Assembly (NCBI GenBank): GCA_002269645.1 | Contig: NIVC01002236.1 | Coordinates: 62,001 to 126,000 of the forward strand | DNA length: 64,000 bases | Direction: 5' to 3' | DNA from: Macrostomum lignano | Taxonomy: Eukaryota | Shown here: positions 63,199 through 64,000 of the stretch, in pieces | How the letters are laid out: each line of letters starts with the position of its first letter | How positions within the stretch are numbered: the stretch's first letter is position 1 | The notes under the pieces: model-generated | The model's input: the letters and a program-made list of their open reading frames with translations, nothing else | What the model was told of the DNA's origin: nothing | Databases searched by the model: none | Translations under genes and position numbers: made by a program

Positions 63199-64000
63199 AT
63201 GGCTTTCTGTTGTCCATCTTCTTCTAGTAGCAGCAATAGCGGCGATAGCAGCCGTCCCAGCGATCGGGAGGAAGCTTTGCAATTGCGGCTGGAACAAATG
63301 CGCAGGTAGTTTACCGTTGCGTCCTTTTTAAGTGTTACATTTATGATTATTAAAATGTTTCTGATTTCTTCTGCTTTCAGAGAGCGCGAGTCGGAGCTGA
63401 AGCAGATCAGCCGCGTAGTTGCTGAGGCCAATCCTTCCGCTGCTGCCCCTAGTAGCAGCAGCAATGGTCAGTCAGCTGTGCAGCAGATGCTGCAGCAGCG
63501 GCTGCCGCCTTCGTCCACTGGGCTGCCGCAGGCGCCGCCGCCTCCCCCTCCGCCGTCGGCAACCGCCACGGCAATTCGAGTGGAAGTTGTTGGTCTGAAC
63601 GAGCTGCGACCCGTCAGTCGAATTTTGCAATCGAGCGCTTTTCGAACCGAACTTGAAAGCCTGGTTCGAGCGAGCCTGTCGCCAAGGCAACAGCAGCAGC
63701 AGCCAACCCGAGTTCCTGTTGTTGCTAGGGACCAACAGTCTGAGCCACAGCAGCAGCTGCCGCAGCAACCACCGCAACAGCAGCCGCAGGACCGCTCCCT
63801 GACTGAACTCCGCCGTCAGCGCCACGAAGATCTGGTGCAGGAGATCAACGAGCTGCTGCACTCCCAGCTGGTCTCTGGCGGCTTGGACGGCGCCTTCCGC
63901 GCCAGACTCGACCGCGACCTGCGGGCTCGCGCCGCCGCCCTGCCAGACGGTGGCCGAAGGGCGCAGACCGCCGTGCAGCATCTGCCGCCGAGCGGAGTGC
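63199..64000 (+). CDS. 5' part of an uncharacterised Q/P/S-rich protein (runs off the window)
   Basis: Exon 63199-63305 (MAFCC...LEQMR) is spliced in phase 2 to an open exon from 63381 to the window end. It contains two related motifs, ELRPVSRILQSSAFRTELESLVR and ELLHSQLVSGGLDGAFRARLDRDLR. Confidence 0.75.

Overview
Eukaryotic (animal) genomic DNA with GC-rich exons and introns filled by tandem repeats. The style resembles the free-living flatworm Macrostomum, but that is inference only. Left end (minus strand): a 21-exon, ~1,560-aa coiled-coil gene (PMFBP1/CCDC18-like) with all introns in phase 0. Middle (~18-50 kb): an accessory zone. It holds three tandem, nonsense-disrupted F-type-lectin + PAN/apple genes, an intronless PAN-like + LamG pseudogene and a neprilysin (M13) gene. 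It also holds a BEL/Pao element lacking RT/RNaseH, a Gypsy remnant, an RTE tail, CORE-like SINEs and several MITEs, one a 185-bp element with Polinton-like AGT termini and a 6-bp TSD. Right end (plus strand): a complete 8-exon MCM7 (~730 aa), a 52-bp satellite with higher-order structure, and the first two exons of a gene cut off by the window edge. Exon boundaries were read manually from GT/AG signals and reading-frame continuity. Repeat boundaries are approximate.
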